Source of the DNA: Amoebidium appalachense
Lineage: Eukaryota > Protista > Ichthyosporea
Assembly: GCA_963693365.1 (NCBI GenBank)
Contig: CAVNZM010000013.1
Coordinates: 3,810,722-3,874,721 of the forward strand
DNA length: 64,000 nt
Direction of reading: 5' to 3'
The translations under genes were made by a program, and so were the position numbers. The notes beneath the pieces are model-generated. The model saw nothing but the letters and a program-made list of their open reading frames with translations, did no database searches and was not told the DNA's origin. Below, one piece after another: positions 1 through 13,248 of this stretch (positions are counted from its first letter, which is position 1; each line of letters starts with the position of its first letter).

Positions 1-427
1 ATAATGAGCAAGATACAGCCACTAGCCGGGAGCAACATGTTTTCTCTCATGTTTTCCCGTCAGGGTAATGCTTCAGTAACGATACAAATCAGGACATCAT
101 TCTCGGTACCAACCTCCTAAATCGTCCAAAAAGGGTGAAAACTTCACAGACGGGGGGAAACGGGGGAAAGCCACCGAATAGCACGGTGCAAACAATAATT
201 TGTGGCCAGCGCCTATAGAACTCGTTTAACTCTGTTATTAAAACGTTTACAGCAAAACTTTTATACTTGGCCTATTGTGAACACTTCATAGCACCAGCAT
301 GTCGTTTTATAGATTCTCATTCATCAGCCTACGAAAAAGAACAATACCTTTCACGACTTCAGTTTCGATCAATTAGCTTAAGCCAGGGAGAACAGGGTTT
401 TGAAAAATAAAGGCGAATTAAAAAGAG

Positions 428-460
<33 letters not shown>

Positions 461-586
461 AAACTCGTACAAGGGCTCGTGGATACTTCAGTGTCAAAAG
501 GAAAGGGTTTGTGGATACTTGAATGTATGTGTTTGTGTGCGCCACAGACGCGTTAGGATAAGAAAGGGAGAGGGGGAAAAAAGGCG

Positions 587-627
<41 letters not shown>

Positions 628-725
628 GGAAGTGTCATTCAATCAAACACCTACCCAACATGGAAAAAAAAAAAAAAAAAAGGAAAAAGAAAAAAAAGAA
701 AGAAAATCTGGTTTTTTTGCCACAC

Positions 726-1006
726 CTAGCCCAGTGTCGGGAACACGGTCAGTGCTGCAGCCGTAATCGCACCCACCACCCCCAGAGGCCGAATGATGCT
801 GGGAGGCACACGGCCCAAAAAGGGAACACCCCGGCTCAGACCCGACTCCATGGCCCGGCCCAAGAGCCGGCCCGTAAGGGAGTTGACCCGTTTAGCGTCC
901 GTCACGGGTGGCAGATTGTCTTTGGGGATTTCAATCTCCAATCGGTGCATGTAGTTTAGGAACTGGTCGGCGCGGTGGTGAGAGAAGAACCGGATGCTCT
1001 CCACCT

Positions 1007-1038
<32 letters not shown>

Positions 1039-2639
1039 AGGTGTGCATGGCCGTATGTATGTGTGTGTGCGTGTGTGTCGATGTATGTTTGTTTGTGTGT
1101 ATAGAATAGGGTGTTGGATTCGTGCGAGCTCGTTTTCAGCACTTGAAATCTCTTACGGGGGGGGGGGGGGGGGGGGGGGGGGAGGGGGGGGGGAAGAGAG
1201 GGGTCTAAGCCGTCGCCGGTGCCCGGCTTTCAACATATTCCCCTCGTGGACAAACCACATTTTAAATAATGGTAAGAGCTATAAAAAAAAAGTAGTAGTA
1301 ATAGAAGCAGAAGAAGGGTGTGTGAATGTGTTGTAGTTGGTAGGTAAATGATATCACGGACTCGCGTGTGCGCCTGTGCCTATTTTTAGGGGGGGGGGGG
1401 GGGGGGGGGGGGCTTTTGACAAGAACTGTTGGGAGCAGAGGCTTTTGGTGCAATGCAAGAAGTGATGACGGAAGAGGCTCTGGATAAAGGATGGGTGAAT
1501 TTGCTGCGCACACAACTGCGTACACTTAGGGGCTGGCGCAGGGGGCAACCAAGTTCACCATGTCTGGCTAGTTGCACTCCTCAACACGACACTCCTTCGT
1601 GCATAGTGTCTACTACACGAGTCTATATCTCCTACTTTCTGCCCCTTTGCTGCCTATTTCCCTTCTTCCTTTTCTAGAGTCAAACAAAGTATGCAAAGAG
1701 GAAGCAAACTTTGAAAAGATTAGCAAAGAAAAGATAAAGAACACTTACACCCACAAACGCACACACACCCACAAGGCAACTTCCACCACCAACATCCATA
1801 CACACACACTCCACACGCGGTAAACACAAACAAGCACTCACCAGCCTGGGGAACATCAGTGGTGCCTTGATAACCTTACGCCCCGTTGTAAGCGCGCTGA
1901 GAGTAAGCGCTGCAGCGGTTTCCATAGAGATGTTAATAATCCCATACGGGTAGTAGCCAACAGCGTTAGGATTTTTGCGCAGTTCATCCGTTGGCGCGAT
2001 CATATCAGTGGTGACTGCAGGCATATATACCGTATGGAATGTGATGTTCTCATCTGCAAACTCAGCGTTGAGGCACATGGACAGCGCATCCATGGCTGCT
2101 TTGGACGCGACATATGCACCAAACCTAGGCTGCCCGACTTGCACGGTGATGGATGAGATGTTGACTACACGACCATATCCATGTGTACGCATGCTCTCGA
2201 TGAATCCCAGCACAAGTGCAGTAGAGCCAAAGTAGTTCACATCCATGGTTCGTTTGTAGTCATGCAATCGGTCGACTGCGTGCACCAGCGGCCGCCTGAT
2301 GGACTTCCCTGCATTGTTGAACAGAATGTCGACGCGTCCAACCTCTTCCAAAACACGCTTGGTGAGTGCTGTGGCATCGTTGTGGTCACTCAAATTCACC
2401 TTGTATATGTGCACTTTTGCACCTGGGTATTGCGAAATAAGCTGCTCTCTTGCGCGGCTCAACTTTTCCATGTTAGTGCTAGCTAGAACTAACTCTGCAC
2501 CAGCTGCGACCAACCTTTCGCTAATGGCATAGCCTATTCCAGACCCGCCCCCGGTAACGAGGCACACGCGCCCATTCACCTCCTTTGATAGTTTGGCAAT
2601 GGGGAAGGAGAGCTTTTGCTCTAAAGACGCTTGCGCCAT
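726..2639 (-). CDS. Short-chain dehydrogenase/reductase, Acr1-like fatty acyl-CoA reductase; 2 exons (2639-1842, 1004-726), ~358 aa
   Basis: Contains the TGGGSGIG Rossmann motif, NNAG and the catalytic YVASK. Segments NNAGKSIRR..DRLHDYKRTMDVNYFG, PRFGAYVASKAAMDA and VYMPAVTTDMIAPT match the bacterial Acr1 family from memory. Donor GTGAGT at 1841 and acceptor CAG at 1007-1005 are both phase 0. Exon 2 ends in a hydrophobic tail. Confidence 0.88.
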
Positions 2640-4408
2640 TTTTGCTTTTGTGTAAGGTAGTGAATTGTTGTGCGTTTGTTTCGTGTTTGGGTTTGAACAA
2701 CAAAAACTAACAACGAAAGCAGCTGGCCATGGGACTCGGGAGTCGGGAGGGAATGGAAAGTGGGCCTAATAGCTTTATATAGATTCTGAGGAATCTCATG
2801 GCGGCAGGTTCGCCAATCGGTGTCTGGCGGTACGGCTGCTGTTAGAAGGCGATCTGATTCGTGGCCTGCTTTCATAAATAAACGACCGTGGGAACAATGT
2901 AATTCAAGATGCTTAGAGAGCAAAATATCTAGGTTCTCAATTAGAGTAGACAAACCTTCGGCTTCTTTGATTTTTGTTTTAAAAAAATTCATTTTAGATA
3001 AAGCCTCATGGCTTGTTCACATACACGGCTTACTGCCTGTACTACTCAATGAGGAATGGCATGATGTACTACTGGACACTTTCATTCGCCATATATCACG
3101 CACACAAATGATGCAGATGGATAACTGTCGAATGTACACCAATAATAATGCAGTTTGGCACACGGTTGCTCAAATGGCTCTCCGCCGTAAATGTGCGATC
3201 CGGCCTGTCGGATCGGAACAATGTAACCGGGAACATCGATCGCACGTATATCATTGGATATCCGGTGAAGCTATTTCAGCGACTATCTCGTTGTGTCTAT
3301 GTCAACTGATACTATCCTATTTCCATTCTTAGCCCTGTCCGATGCCCCGATCGAAATAAAATCCATTATATAAATAAAAAAATCTGACTCCCCCTCCGGA
3401 TCCCTCTTCCCCCCCCCCCGCCCCCCCCCCCCCCCCCCCCCCCCCCCTTCGGTTTCACACCTCTAAAGTCCCCTCCTAACCCCCCCCCACCCTTCCCCCC
3501 TCCTCCCCTCCCCGCCTCGCCCCAGTCTCCGCCGGCTTTAAGGTAAATTGGGGGGTCCCCATGGCCACCCGGGCTGCATGCAAGCTTAGGCAACCTTTAT
3601 CCCACCACCCACCACGGATTGGCTCGACTAGCAATTCAGTTCGAAGTATATATTTCGTCTCTGGGACATCACCTAATAATAATAGCTCTGAGGCTACCTC
3701 TGGCCCTAGTAGACCTGCACTCACAGGCCCGAAACATACGAATTTTTCTTTGAACATATACAAAACCAAAAAAGCCCCCCGCAGATTGAAAGAAACCAAC
3801 CACAACACCTAATACCCCCCCACCTAATATTAGTAGCTACACCGTGAGGGTCTGCCCCGAATGTGCTGCACTTGTGACACACCCCGTTAAGCAGAATGTA
3901 GGCCCCAACTATCACATTTCCAGACACAAATCAGCCACCACCACACTACACACTATGGGGTACACAAAACACCGTACCCCACCTCCGGGTAGGCTAACTA
4001 AAATCCGCATCACCACCACAATGTTAGACCCCCCTTCACTGCTTAGTCGATAAGGGAAATTTCGTATTTTAACCCCCCCCCCCCCCCCGATCAACACCGT
4101 AGGGAACTAATTAGAAAAAGCCCCCCCATATCTTTGTGTGAATAATTCAGCCCGATCGTTCTGTCATGTCTGTTGGACGGGCTCGGTCCACAACTTACCA
4201 AGTGACTATGTAGGTCTCAGGGCCCGGTACTCAACAAAAGCCCTCCCCGGTGGTTCTTAATCAGACCCTAATAATAATAAACGTTCAAATCAAAAATATT
4301 AAATAGTGGGTCCCCTCCCTCTTCCTCCCAGATCTGAATCAGATAATTCGTGGACCCCCCTCCCCCTTGGTACCACCCAACACACACCCCATCCCCCCCA
4401 TCCCCCCC

Positions 4409-4439
<31 letters not shown>

Positions 4440-5851
4440 GCCACATCCCCACACGCCACACCCCCATCCCCACCCCCACCCCCACCCCCACCCTCCCTGC
4501 CTGGGGTTATGTATAGGCAGAGCCAGTGAAAGACGGTAGCCTCTGTGAGGTGAAACGGGGAGCTCGAGGGGGGGGGAAAAATTAAAATAACTTGAAAAAC
4601 TTTTGGAAAAAACTTGGGACCGTATGCGTCCTCCCCCCAGTCTCCTCTCTCCCCCCATTTCCAACCCTCCCCCCCCCCCCCCCCTCTCTCTCTTTCTCTC
4701 TCTCTCCCTCTCTCTCTCTCTCTTCCCCCCCCCCCCCTCCCCCCTCCCCCCTCCCCCCCCCCCCGGCGTGCACGGCCTCGAGTCCCCCGCTCCGCAGCGT
4801 CCACCCCCCTCCCCCCCCCCCCCTCCCCCCCCCTCCCCCCCCCCCCCCTCCCCCATTCCCCCGGGGCTTCCTGCCCCACCCCGCCCACCTGGGTGAAGCT
4901 CGGCATTTCAGGATGTGTGCAAGTACATGTCCCTCTGTGCATGGGTGTGTACAGTTGGATTCTGAGCGTCAGTGAGTGCGTGTGTGCAACTGTTGTTAGG
5001 GATTATTGCACTACTACTGCTTGTGTGGGTGTACCTCGCCATTTGAACGTATTTCCAGTGGTGTCAAATTAGCTGTGAGTGTGGGCCTTGGTATCTTTTT
5101 AACGGCTATGTGAATGTGACTTGGCGGGGCCCCACCGAAACCCAAATTTAAACAGACACAAATCACCCCTCACTCCCCCCTCCCCCTCCCCCCTTCTCCC
5201 TCCCGGGCCCCCTCCTTCATCCCCCCTCCCCCTTTCCTCCCCAACCCCCAATAACCACACACACACACACACACAATTATAAACTGCATGCCAAACGATC
5301 TTGCGCACGTATAGTCGAGGACCACCCAGCCATGCAAACACCGAATTCTATATTTAGCATGTGTAGTATCAAAATAACAAATCGATACGAAACTATTACT
5401 CGATTCAGTACTGCGGCAACAGTGAATCGCACTACTGATACTTTTCCCAACCACACATATATCCGCCCTAAGCACCACAACAAAATCTGGCTTAGAAAGT
5501 TGCTTTTGGCGGCATCTACACTACCTCGAGCTCACAATTTTTAGCCTCGTAATAGGATCAACGAGAGCCCGTGTTTATATTTATTGAGAGACTACTAAGG
5601 GGGTACTTCCGGGGGCAAACAGGCTCCGCCGGGATAAACTTTAATATCGCGATCGAAATTAAAAAGAACTGGGACCACTGTGGCTTTAAAAATTTCATGA
5701 TCCACGGTGTGTTTTTATATCAGTATGCAGCTGGCGGTTTGTATATGTACGTGCATGTGTGTGTTCGTGTACGTGTGTGTAGGTGTGCGCCTGTCTGTGT
5801 AGTCAAGCTTGCAAGGTACACGGCGCATGTCACGGTGTAGGTGTGGATGAC

Positions 5852-5905
<54 letters not shown>

Positions 5906-6100
5906 TGTGTGAGTGTGTGTGTGTATGTGTGTGTGTGTGTGCGTGTGTGTACGTGCGTGTGTGCGTGCGCGCGCGCGTGTGTGTGTGTGTGCGCGCACGC
6001 GCGCGCGTGTGTGTGTTATGTGCGTGCATCCTGTGCGTGTGTCACGCTGCATGTGTAAGTGTTGCAAAGTCGATGAAGTGAGCTGTACAAGTAAACCACA

Positions 6101-6225
6101 CTAGTGCGCTAGCCACGCGTGAGAATCCCAGGTCAGGGGGCCGCGTAGAGAGAGGGGTAGTTATAGATCGGCGGAAAATAGGGGTGGAAGGTGAAGGTGA
6201 ACTTCGGGTGGGTGGGGGTGGGGGG

Positions 6226-6284
<59 letters not shown>

Positions 6285-6352
6285 GGGGGGGGGGGGGGAG
6301 GGAAGGGAGGGTGGCCGGGGCACGATGCCATAGGCCATTGGATAAGTATAGA
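6101..6352 (-). mobile_element. Possible small non-autonomous Helitron-like element
   Basis: The minus strand reads A|TCTATACTTATCC...CTAG|T. There is only a weak ACGCG/CGCGT stem near the 3' end, and the interior is mostly a homopolymer. Confidence 0.25.
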
Positions 6353-6979
6353 TAGGACCTGACATCTACGGGCATATGCATAACATGAACTAATTAAACA
6401 TGTTATTGACTCCCCTAGTCAAATTTGAACACTTGCAGATGTAATATACTTGATAAGGAAGTAAACCGCCACACAAGGTCAGATGGCCTGGTGGCCAAGC
6501 ACTTTTCTTTTTTTTTGTTCCCTTGATCATGGACGTCTCATGAGCCAGATTATCGCAGACTGAGTCGCAGTTGTCAATTATAACCATCAGACAACCAATC
6601 TAGATTTAGCAATTCACATGCTAGATTATTCACATGGTAATATTCTAGCAATTCGCATCATTGGGTGGGTGGGTGGGGGGGGGGGGTGGGGGGGAGAAGG
6701 GGGAGAGGAGGGGGGGGCTGAAGATTATGACAGCGAAAGGGTTATCAGGAGTCGCGGCCGGGTGCATGTTGGCTGGCATGGGCATATTACTTTCGAAATT
6801 CTGCCATGACATGATTTTATTTTTTATTTTGGAGTTTTCAAAAAAAGGGTCATTTAGGACCCATTCAGTAACTGGATTATTGGGCATTACCATAAACGGG
6901 CACGGATGGCAGCACACCGTGCAATCATCCAACCAATCAAAGTATCTACAAGGTGTCACCTGGCACTATATACATGCCG

Positions 6980-7070
6980 CAACAGCAAACCATATCACAT
7001 AATATATGTCGCTAGCCATTCACATCACAGAATATATGTCGCTAGCCAATCACATCACAGCACAATATGC
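6980..7070. repeat. ~30-bp tandem repeat (aatatatgtcgctagccaWtcacatcacag), 2-3 copies
   Basis: Direct inspection. Confidence 0.75.
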
Positions 7071-7553
7071 CGATAGGCAGTCACAATTAGGAGTGTGTAG
7101 CCCGCGATCGTCTATGCTTTTTGGGCCGAGTTCTTACGCAAACATTAATCCAGTCAGCGAGATTTTCACTATTTGCCCCTTCTGTACAGAGAGCATAGAT
7201 TCCGCTCCTGGGCATACACGATCAAGTAGGTAAGTAGACGGCTGTTAGCCGGTTGAGATGAGAACATGCCGATCCGCCTTTCAAGCGCTGCTAGCGATCA
7301 GATATTAATGTGTGCGAGTGACGTGTTGTTTCTGTGTGGCACGTGCATGTGTGTGTAATGCGCATGTGCATGCGCAAGTCTGTATGACGCGAGCGTGTGT
7401 TGTGCATGTGTGTCTGTCCTCCCGTATGCATTACCCTTCCGTTGTGTGTGTCTCTACCTGTATGTGTGAAGTAGTTGTATTGTACACATTTTTTCGTGCG
7501 CGGGTGTTCGTGTTTATACCCCCGTATGCACATGCATGCACCTATAATAATTA

Positions 7554-8263
7554 CTATGCCGCGCCCGATGGTGGTTGCAGCGTATCCAACCCTTGCAACA
7601 ATTCCGTCGTGAAATAAACACCCATAGCGTCGACAGGCGCCGAAAGAAATCCGTCGAGATCCAACGTTGAAAGATCGAAATTTAAGTTATTTAAACCCCC
7701 CATGGGGCCGCCACCAATCAGATTGGGCATTGCGAGTGGGGTTTGTTGAGGCGCCAAATTCAAATTCAGGCTCATGTTGGGCGCTGGTGGGGTTTGAGGG
7801 GGTTGTGGGAGCAGGGGGGCTGCAAGCTGCAAATCCATTGTGTCTAGGGGGCCGGGGCCGAAAGGGTTTAGGGGGCCCATCATCTGATTGGGTATCCTCC
7901 CCGGTATGCCCTTTGCCATTGGTCGCTGAATTTTGCCATTGGTCGGTGAATTTTCCTTTGCATTGGAAATCCGGTCACAGGGGGGTGCATCGTAATTTGC
8001 GGGCGGCTGGGAGGCCCGGGTTTCAAAGGGCCGAGGGTGGGGGTCATGTTAATTTTCAGGTTGTGAAAATTCAGATCGCTGGGGTCTGTCGAGAGTGGCT
8101 GGGGTGCGAATCCATTGAAAGGCTGAGGAGCCGTGATGTCTGGGAGAGGTGCAGGGCCCAATACAAACCCTGAGGGGTGGGTGGGTGGGTGGGGAGGGGG
8201 GGAGGGGAGGAGGAGAAGTCAGCATTTTATATTTCTTCTTCTTGGGGTGCTGAGGAAGAGGGG

Positions 8264-8301
<38 letters not shown>

Positions 8302-9496
8302 AGGAAGGCGGGGGGAGGAGGCATGCAGGAAGGACGGTACCTATTTGTGTTTCGTGGTGTTGATGGTGGTGTGTGTGCGTATGTAAGGGAGGGCAAGGGA
8401 GGAGGAAGGGGGGGGGGGGGGGGGGGGGGGAGGGGGGGATTTTTTTTTTGGGGGGGGGGAGGGGCGGGGGAGAAGAGAATGTGGAATATGTTAACGAGTG
8501 CAAAGTACATATTCATGACAGACAGGTGGGGGGTTGGACGGGAGCATGTTTTATGTAAAAAAGACCAACATACTCTGTAAGCGGCTAGGGAGAAAGGCGG
8601 CAGTGGTGGTAAGGTCGGTTGTTGCCGTGTCACGCCTGTGTGCATGCCTGGGTGTGTTGTGGGTGGAAGGACGGCAGGGGGGGGGGGGGGGGGGGGGGGA
8701 GGGGGGGGGGATACCTTGAGGTGTAGGAGCCGACAGTGATGGGAGGGGGCCCAGACTGAAGGGGTCAATAGTGGGCACTGGTAGGCCAAAGGTGGGTGGG
8801 GGGGTCCTTTGGGTCGGCCTGTGAGGGGAGAGGGGGTGGAGGGGGAAGGAAGGGGGGGGGGGGGGGGTTGGATTTACAATTGGGTACAAAAGCAAGGTGG
8901 GAAGTGGTGTTCTAGACGGTTTGGGAATACAGACGGGCTGTGCGAGCTCCCCCCCCCCCACTCCCCCCTCCCCTCCCCCTTCTCATCTCTTTGGGGGGGG
9001 GGGGGGGGGGGGGTAGAGGGTTGGGTATGGATATGGCAGCAAAAGAATCAGGAGAGGGGAGGATGGAAGGGGCCTAAAGAATTGTGTACTAGGAAGGGGG
9101 TGGGTGGGTGGGTGGGTGGGTAGGGAGGGGGAGGGGGCGGGAGGTGGGGTTGGTGTGTGCGTGTGTGTGGTGGTGGTGGTGATGGTGGTGGTGGGGGGGA
9201 TGAACGCTCAAAAAGGAACCAAACGAGAACTTCCGGGGGTAAAACCAAACATCACGAAGGTTTCAACAGAAGAAGTAGTAAGGTGATCTGCAAAAACCAA
9301 GAAAACATGGTGCCATGACCATGAACATATGCAAAACAAACCCTACCTGTCCCTCCACCCTCTTCTCCCCTTACCCACCCTCACGCGTGATCCAAAGAAA
9401 AGTTTTTTTGCCCCCCTTATATTTCTTCTTTATTATTTTTTTGGTTGTTGTTTGTTTTTGTTTTTTTTTTGTTTTTTTTTGTTTTATTTATTTATT

Positions 9497-9555
<59 letters not shown>

Positions 9556-9730
9556 GGGGGGGGGATGTCACTTACTTTGCTGTGGTCTGATGTGGGGGAG
9601 CTGGGGGTTCAGGGTGTTTGTCTGGGGGGCCACCGGGGATGCGGCCTCTTCCAACTCGGTCAATGGATCGGGTATGCGGATCATGTGCAGACTGGGGGCG
9701 TAATTTGGTTAGGGGGGTACCATTAGTCCG

Positions 9731-9766
<36 letters not shown>

Positions 9767-10236
9767 GGGAGGGAGGGAGGGAGCAGAACGAGTTATATAG
9801 TACCAAGCACACATTTATAACGGATAACATACTGTAGAGTGCAAACCAAACGAAGAGAATTTATAAGCAGAACCCATCCCAGGGGGCGGGCCCAGTTCCA
9901 GGGGGCAGGGGGGGGAAGGTGGTCAAGAAATGGTTCTGGGCGTAACAATGGTACAGAGGAGTGATAATTGGCAAGTGTGGGGGTTACCATTAACAGTGGT
10001 GGGAGGGGGAAGGAGGGGGGGGAGGGGGAAGAGGGGGGAGGAGGAGGGGAGGGGGGGGGGGGGGAGGGGGGAGCGATGGAAAGAGGAAGGGGGATGAGGG
10101 GATTTGTGATTAGTGCTATTGGGCAATAGTTGTGCTGGGGGGTATCAGAAATCTGTGCGCGGGGGGAGGGGGGGTGGAATTGTAAGGGTAAGTAGTGGTG
10201 CTGGTGGTGGTGATGGTTGCGTGTGTGTATGTGTGT

Positions 10237-10267
<31 letters not shown>

Positions 10268-10514
10268 GGGGGGAGGTGGGGGGAGGGGGTACCAATGAGT
10301 AGAACTTAAAGGAGGACTGTGTGTGTTTGCACTAATGGTGTATATTAAGGTAGCGGTTGTGAGCGCAGAAAATACCAAGGGTTATTTTATATGTTTCAGG
10401 AGATATGTTCAGGAGAAGGGTGGGGAGATGTGGTTGTCTGTTTTTTTATCACGTGCTATATGATGGGACATGGAGAGGTTGTGTGCCTGTCTGAATAAAG
10501 ACCAAATGTGTGTG

Positions 10515-10586
<72 letters not shown>

Positions 10587-10695
10587 CGAACACGTGTGTG
10601 TGTGTGTGTTTCCGAAGGCTCTCTTTCTCTCTATCTCTCTCCTCTCTCTGTTTTTGTTTGTTTGTGCGTGTGTTGTGTTTGTTTGTGCGTGTCAC

Positions 10696-10779
<84 letters not shown>

Positions 10780-11002
10780 ATGTGATAAAAGAGGATACTA
10801 AGCGGGGGAAGTGGAAGGGGAAGCTTGGAGAGCAGACCTTTGTGAGAGGGAATTTGAGGGACCACTGAGAAGATTTTTGAGCTCAGTGGGGGCTCGGGCC
10901 GTGGTTTGAGGGGAATGAGTCTTTGGAGAAAAGAAGGAGGCTGGCAGCTTGCGCTCTCGCATCAGCTTCTCGGGTTCATCGGTTGCAAGGGATAGGGTGT
11001 CC

Positions 11003-11079
<77 letters not shown>

Positions 11080-11357
11080 GCGTGTGTACGTGTGTGTGTG
11101 TGTGTGGGTGTATGTGTGTGTTCGTGCGTGTGCGCGCGGGGGTGTGGGTGCATCTGGTAAGTTGGTTGTCGGTTAACGCTTGGTTCGTGTGGCCGTTATT
11201 CCACCGGGGGGAGGGGGGGGGGGGGGGGGGGGGGGGGGGAGAGAGAGAGAGTGGGTGTGTGTGCGTATGTTGGAGGCCCAGGGTGGGGGGAGTGGGAGGT
11301 GGATGATTATTTCTTGTTTTAATCACCAAATGAACATCGTATTATTGTGTTCGTCAT

Positions 11358-11388
<31 letters not shown>

Positions 11389-11522
11389 GTGGGAGGGAAG
11401 GGGTTACGGATCGGGTTGAAACGGGGGTCACGCGGATTGGAGGGAAAGGGGGGAAGGGGGAAGGGGGTGGAGAAGAGACAAAAGAGTACGAGAAAAACTT
11501 TACATTTTTGCTACTACCCCCC

Positions 11523-11553
<31 letters not shown>

Positions 11554-11771
11554 AAAAAAAAAAAAGGAAAAGAAAAGAAAAAGAGAAAGAAAATACCCAA
11601 CCCACCCCGCCCCACACACACAAAGGCAGAAAAGGCGGACACCGCTGCATGTGTTGGCACAGTTGCACATAAACACCATACATGCCACAGCGGTTGTCGG
11701 AACACGCGCTCTGAAGTATGCACGTGCAAGGGAACATGCAGGATGGCATACACACACACACACACACACAT

Positions 11772-11832
<61 letters not shown>

Positions 11833-11910
11833 GACACACACATTAACACACACACAACGTGTGTGCGAGCACAAACACCCACGCGCACACATACACCCAT
11901 CCATCCCCCC

Positions 11911-11941
<31 letters not shown>

Positions 11942-12457
11942 ACACGAAACACACACACGTGTACCTACAGACCAACAACCACACCCACACATTCACCCCT
12001 CCAACCATCTACCCCACCCTTTCCCGTGCATCCACATCATCACCCGAAACACATTCCTCCGCATGCACCCACTCACTTGATTGGCTCGCAAAGCTCCCTG
12101 GCCCAACGTTCATTGCCTGAGAGTAGAGTGTGTCGTCATTTGCAGCCTTTTGATTGGCCAAAACATTCTCCAGGGCTGCAATCTGGCTGTTGTACATTTG
12201 CGGTAGAGAGGGCGTGCGACGTACTCGGATTGCGGGGTAGGGGACAGAGCGCACAGGTCTGTGTGTGTGTGCGTGTGTGTGTGTGTGTGTGCATGTACAT
12301 GTGTGTGTGTGCATGTACATGTGTGTGTGTGCGTGTGCTTGTGCACATGTATGTGTGTGTGTGTGTTCGTGTGCGTGTACGTCTGTGTGTGTGTGTGGTT
12401 GTGTCTGTGTCACGTTTGGTAATGGTGGTGGTGGTGTTGGCTTTTTTTTTTTTTTTT

Positions 12458-12489
<32 letters not shown>

Positions 12490-13169
12490 GGTTAGAGTAT
12501 GCTGGGCACACGTACACACTCACACACACACCCTTCTAGATATACCCACACACCCACACCCACACACACTGAGACAGAATCCATATCCACCAAGATACAT
12601 TACACATCCACCAAGATATATAGTACACATCCACCGAGATATGCTAACCCGCCAGCCGATAAATATAACACACGTCCGCCGAGATATGCTAACCCGCCCA
12701 CCGACAAATATATTACACATCCACCGAGATATACTAGATGTACTCACTTTGGTGACTCTGGGGGTGTAGGGTCCGCAAACTTTGCCAGTGACCGAGCAAA
12801 GTGATCATCCACAGAGCCCTGTGAGTGTGCACGTGTGCGCTGCTTAGCACGTGGATCCTGGACCGTCTCCATGGCAACGGTTGCCGCGGAAGCCTGAAGA
12901 AGATGTATGGTCTGCCCGCTACTGGATGATGTGGTCTGAGTGGAGGAGATGTAGGGGGGGGGGGGGGGGGGGAGGGGGAGAGGAGGGATGGAGGGAGGGG
13001 GGAGGAGGGAGGAAGGGGGGGGGGGGGGGGAGGGGGGATGTCCAGGGGAAGGGTTGTGGAGCTGTGGGGTTGTGTGTGTGTGGGGGGGGGAGGGGGAGGG
13101 GAGGCGGGAGGAGGGTGGGCGGGAGGAGGGGAGCAGAGGAGGTGATGGTGTGTTTCTGTGTGGATGTAG

Positions 13170-13248
<79 letters not shown>

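Noticed and set aside
1680-1841. C-terminal part of the 319-aa SDR ORF
   Set aside because: Read-through into the intron after the GTGAGT donor at 1841; the true end is exon 1004-726
2621-3332. ORFs of 123 aa (-) and 170 aa (+) upstream of the SDR
   Set aside because: No recognisable motifs or splice context; probably UTR or promoter sequence
9793-9990. [14 protein letters not shown] as a possible WW domain of the YAP-like gene
   Set aside because: Lacks the W-x(20-22)-W spacing and the central aromatic YY/YF motif; no clean exon phase
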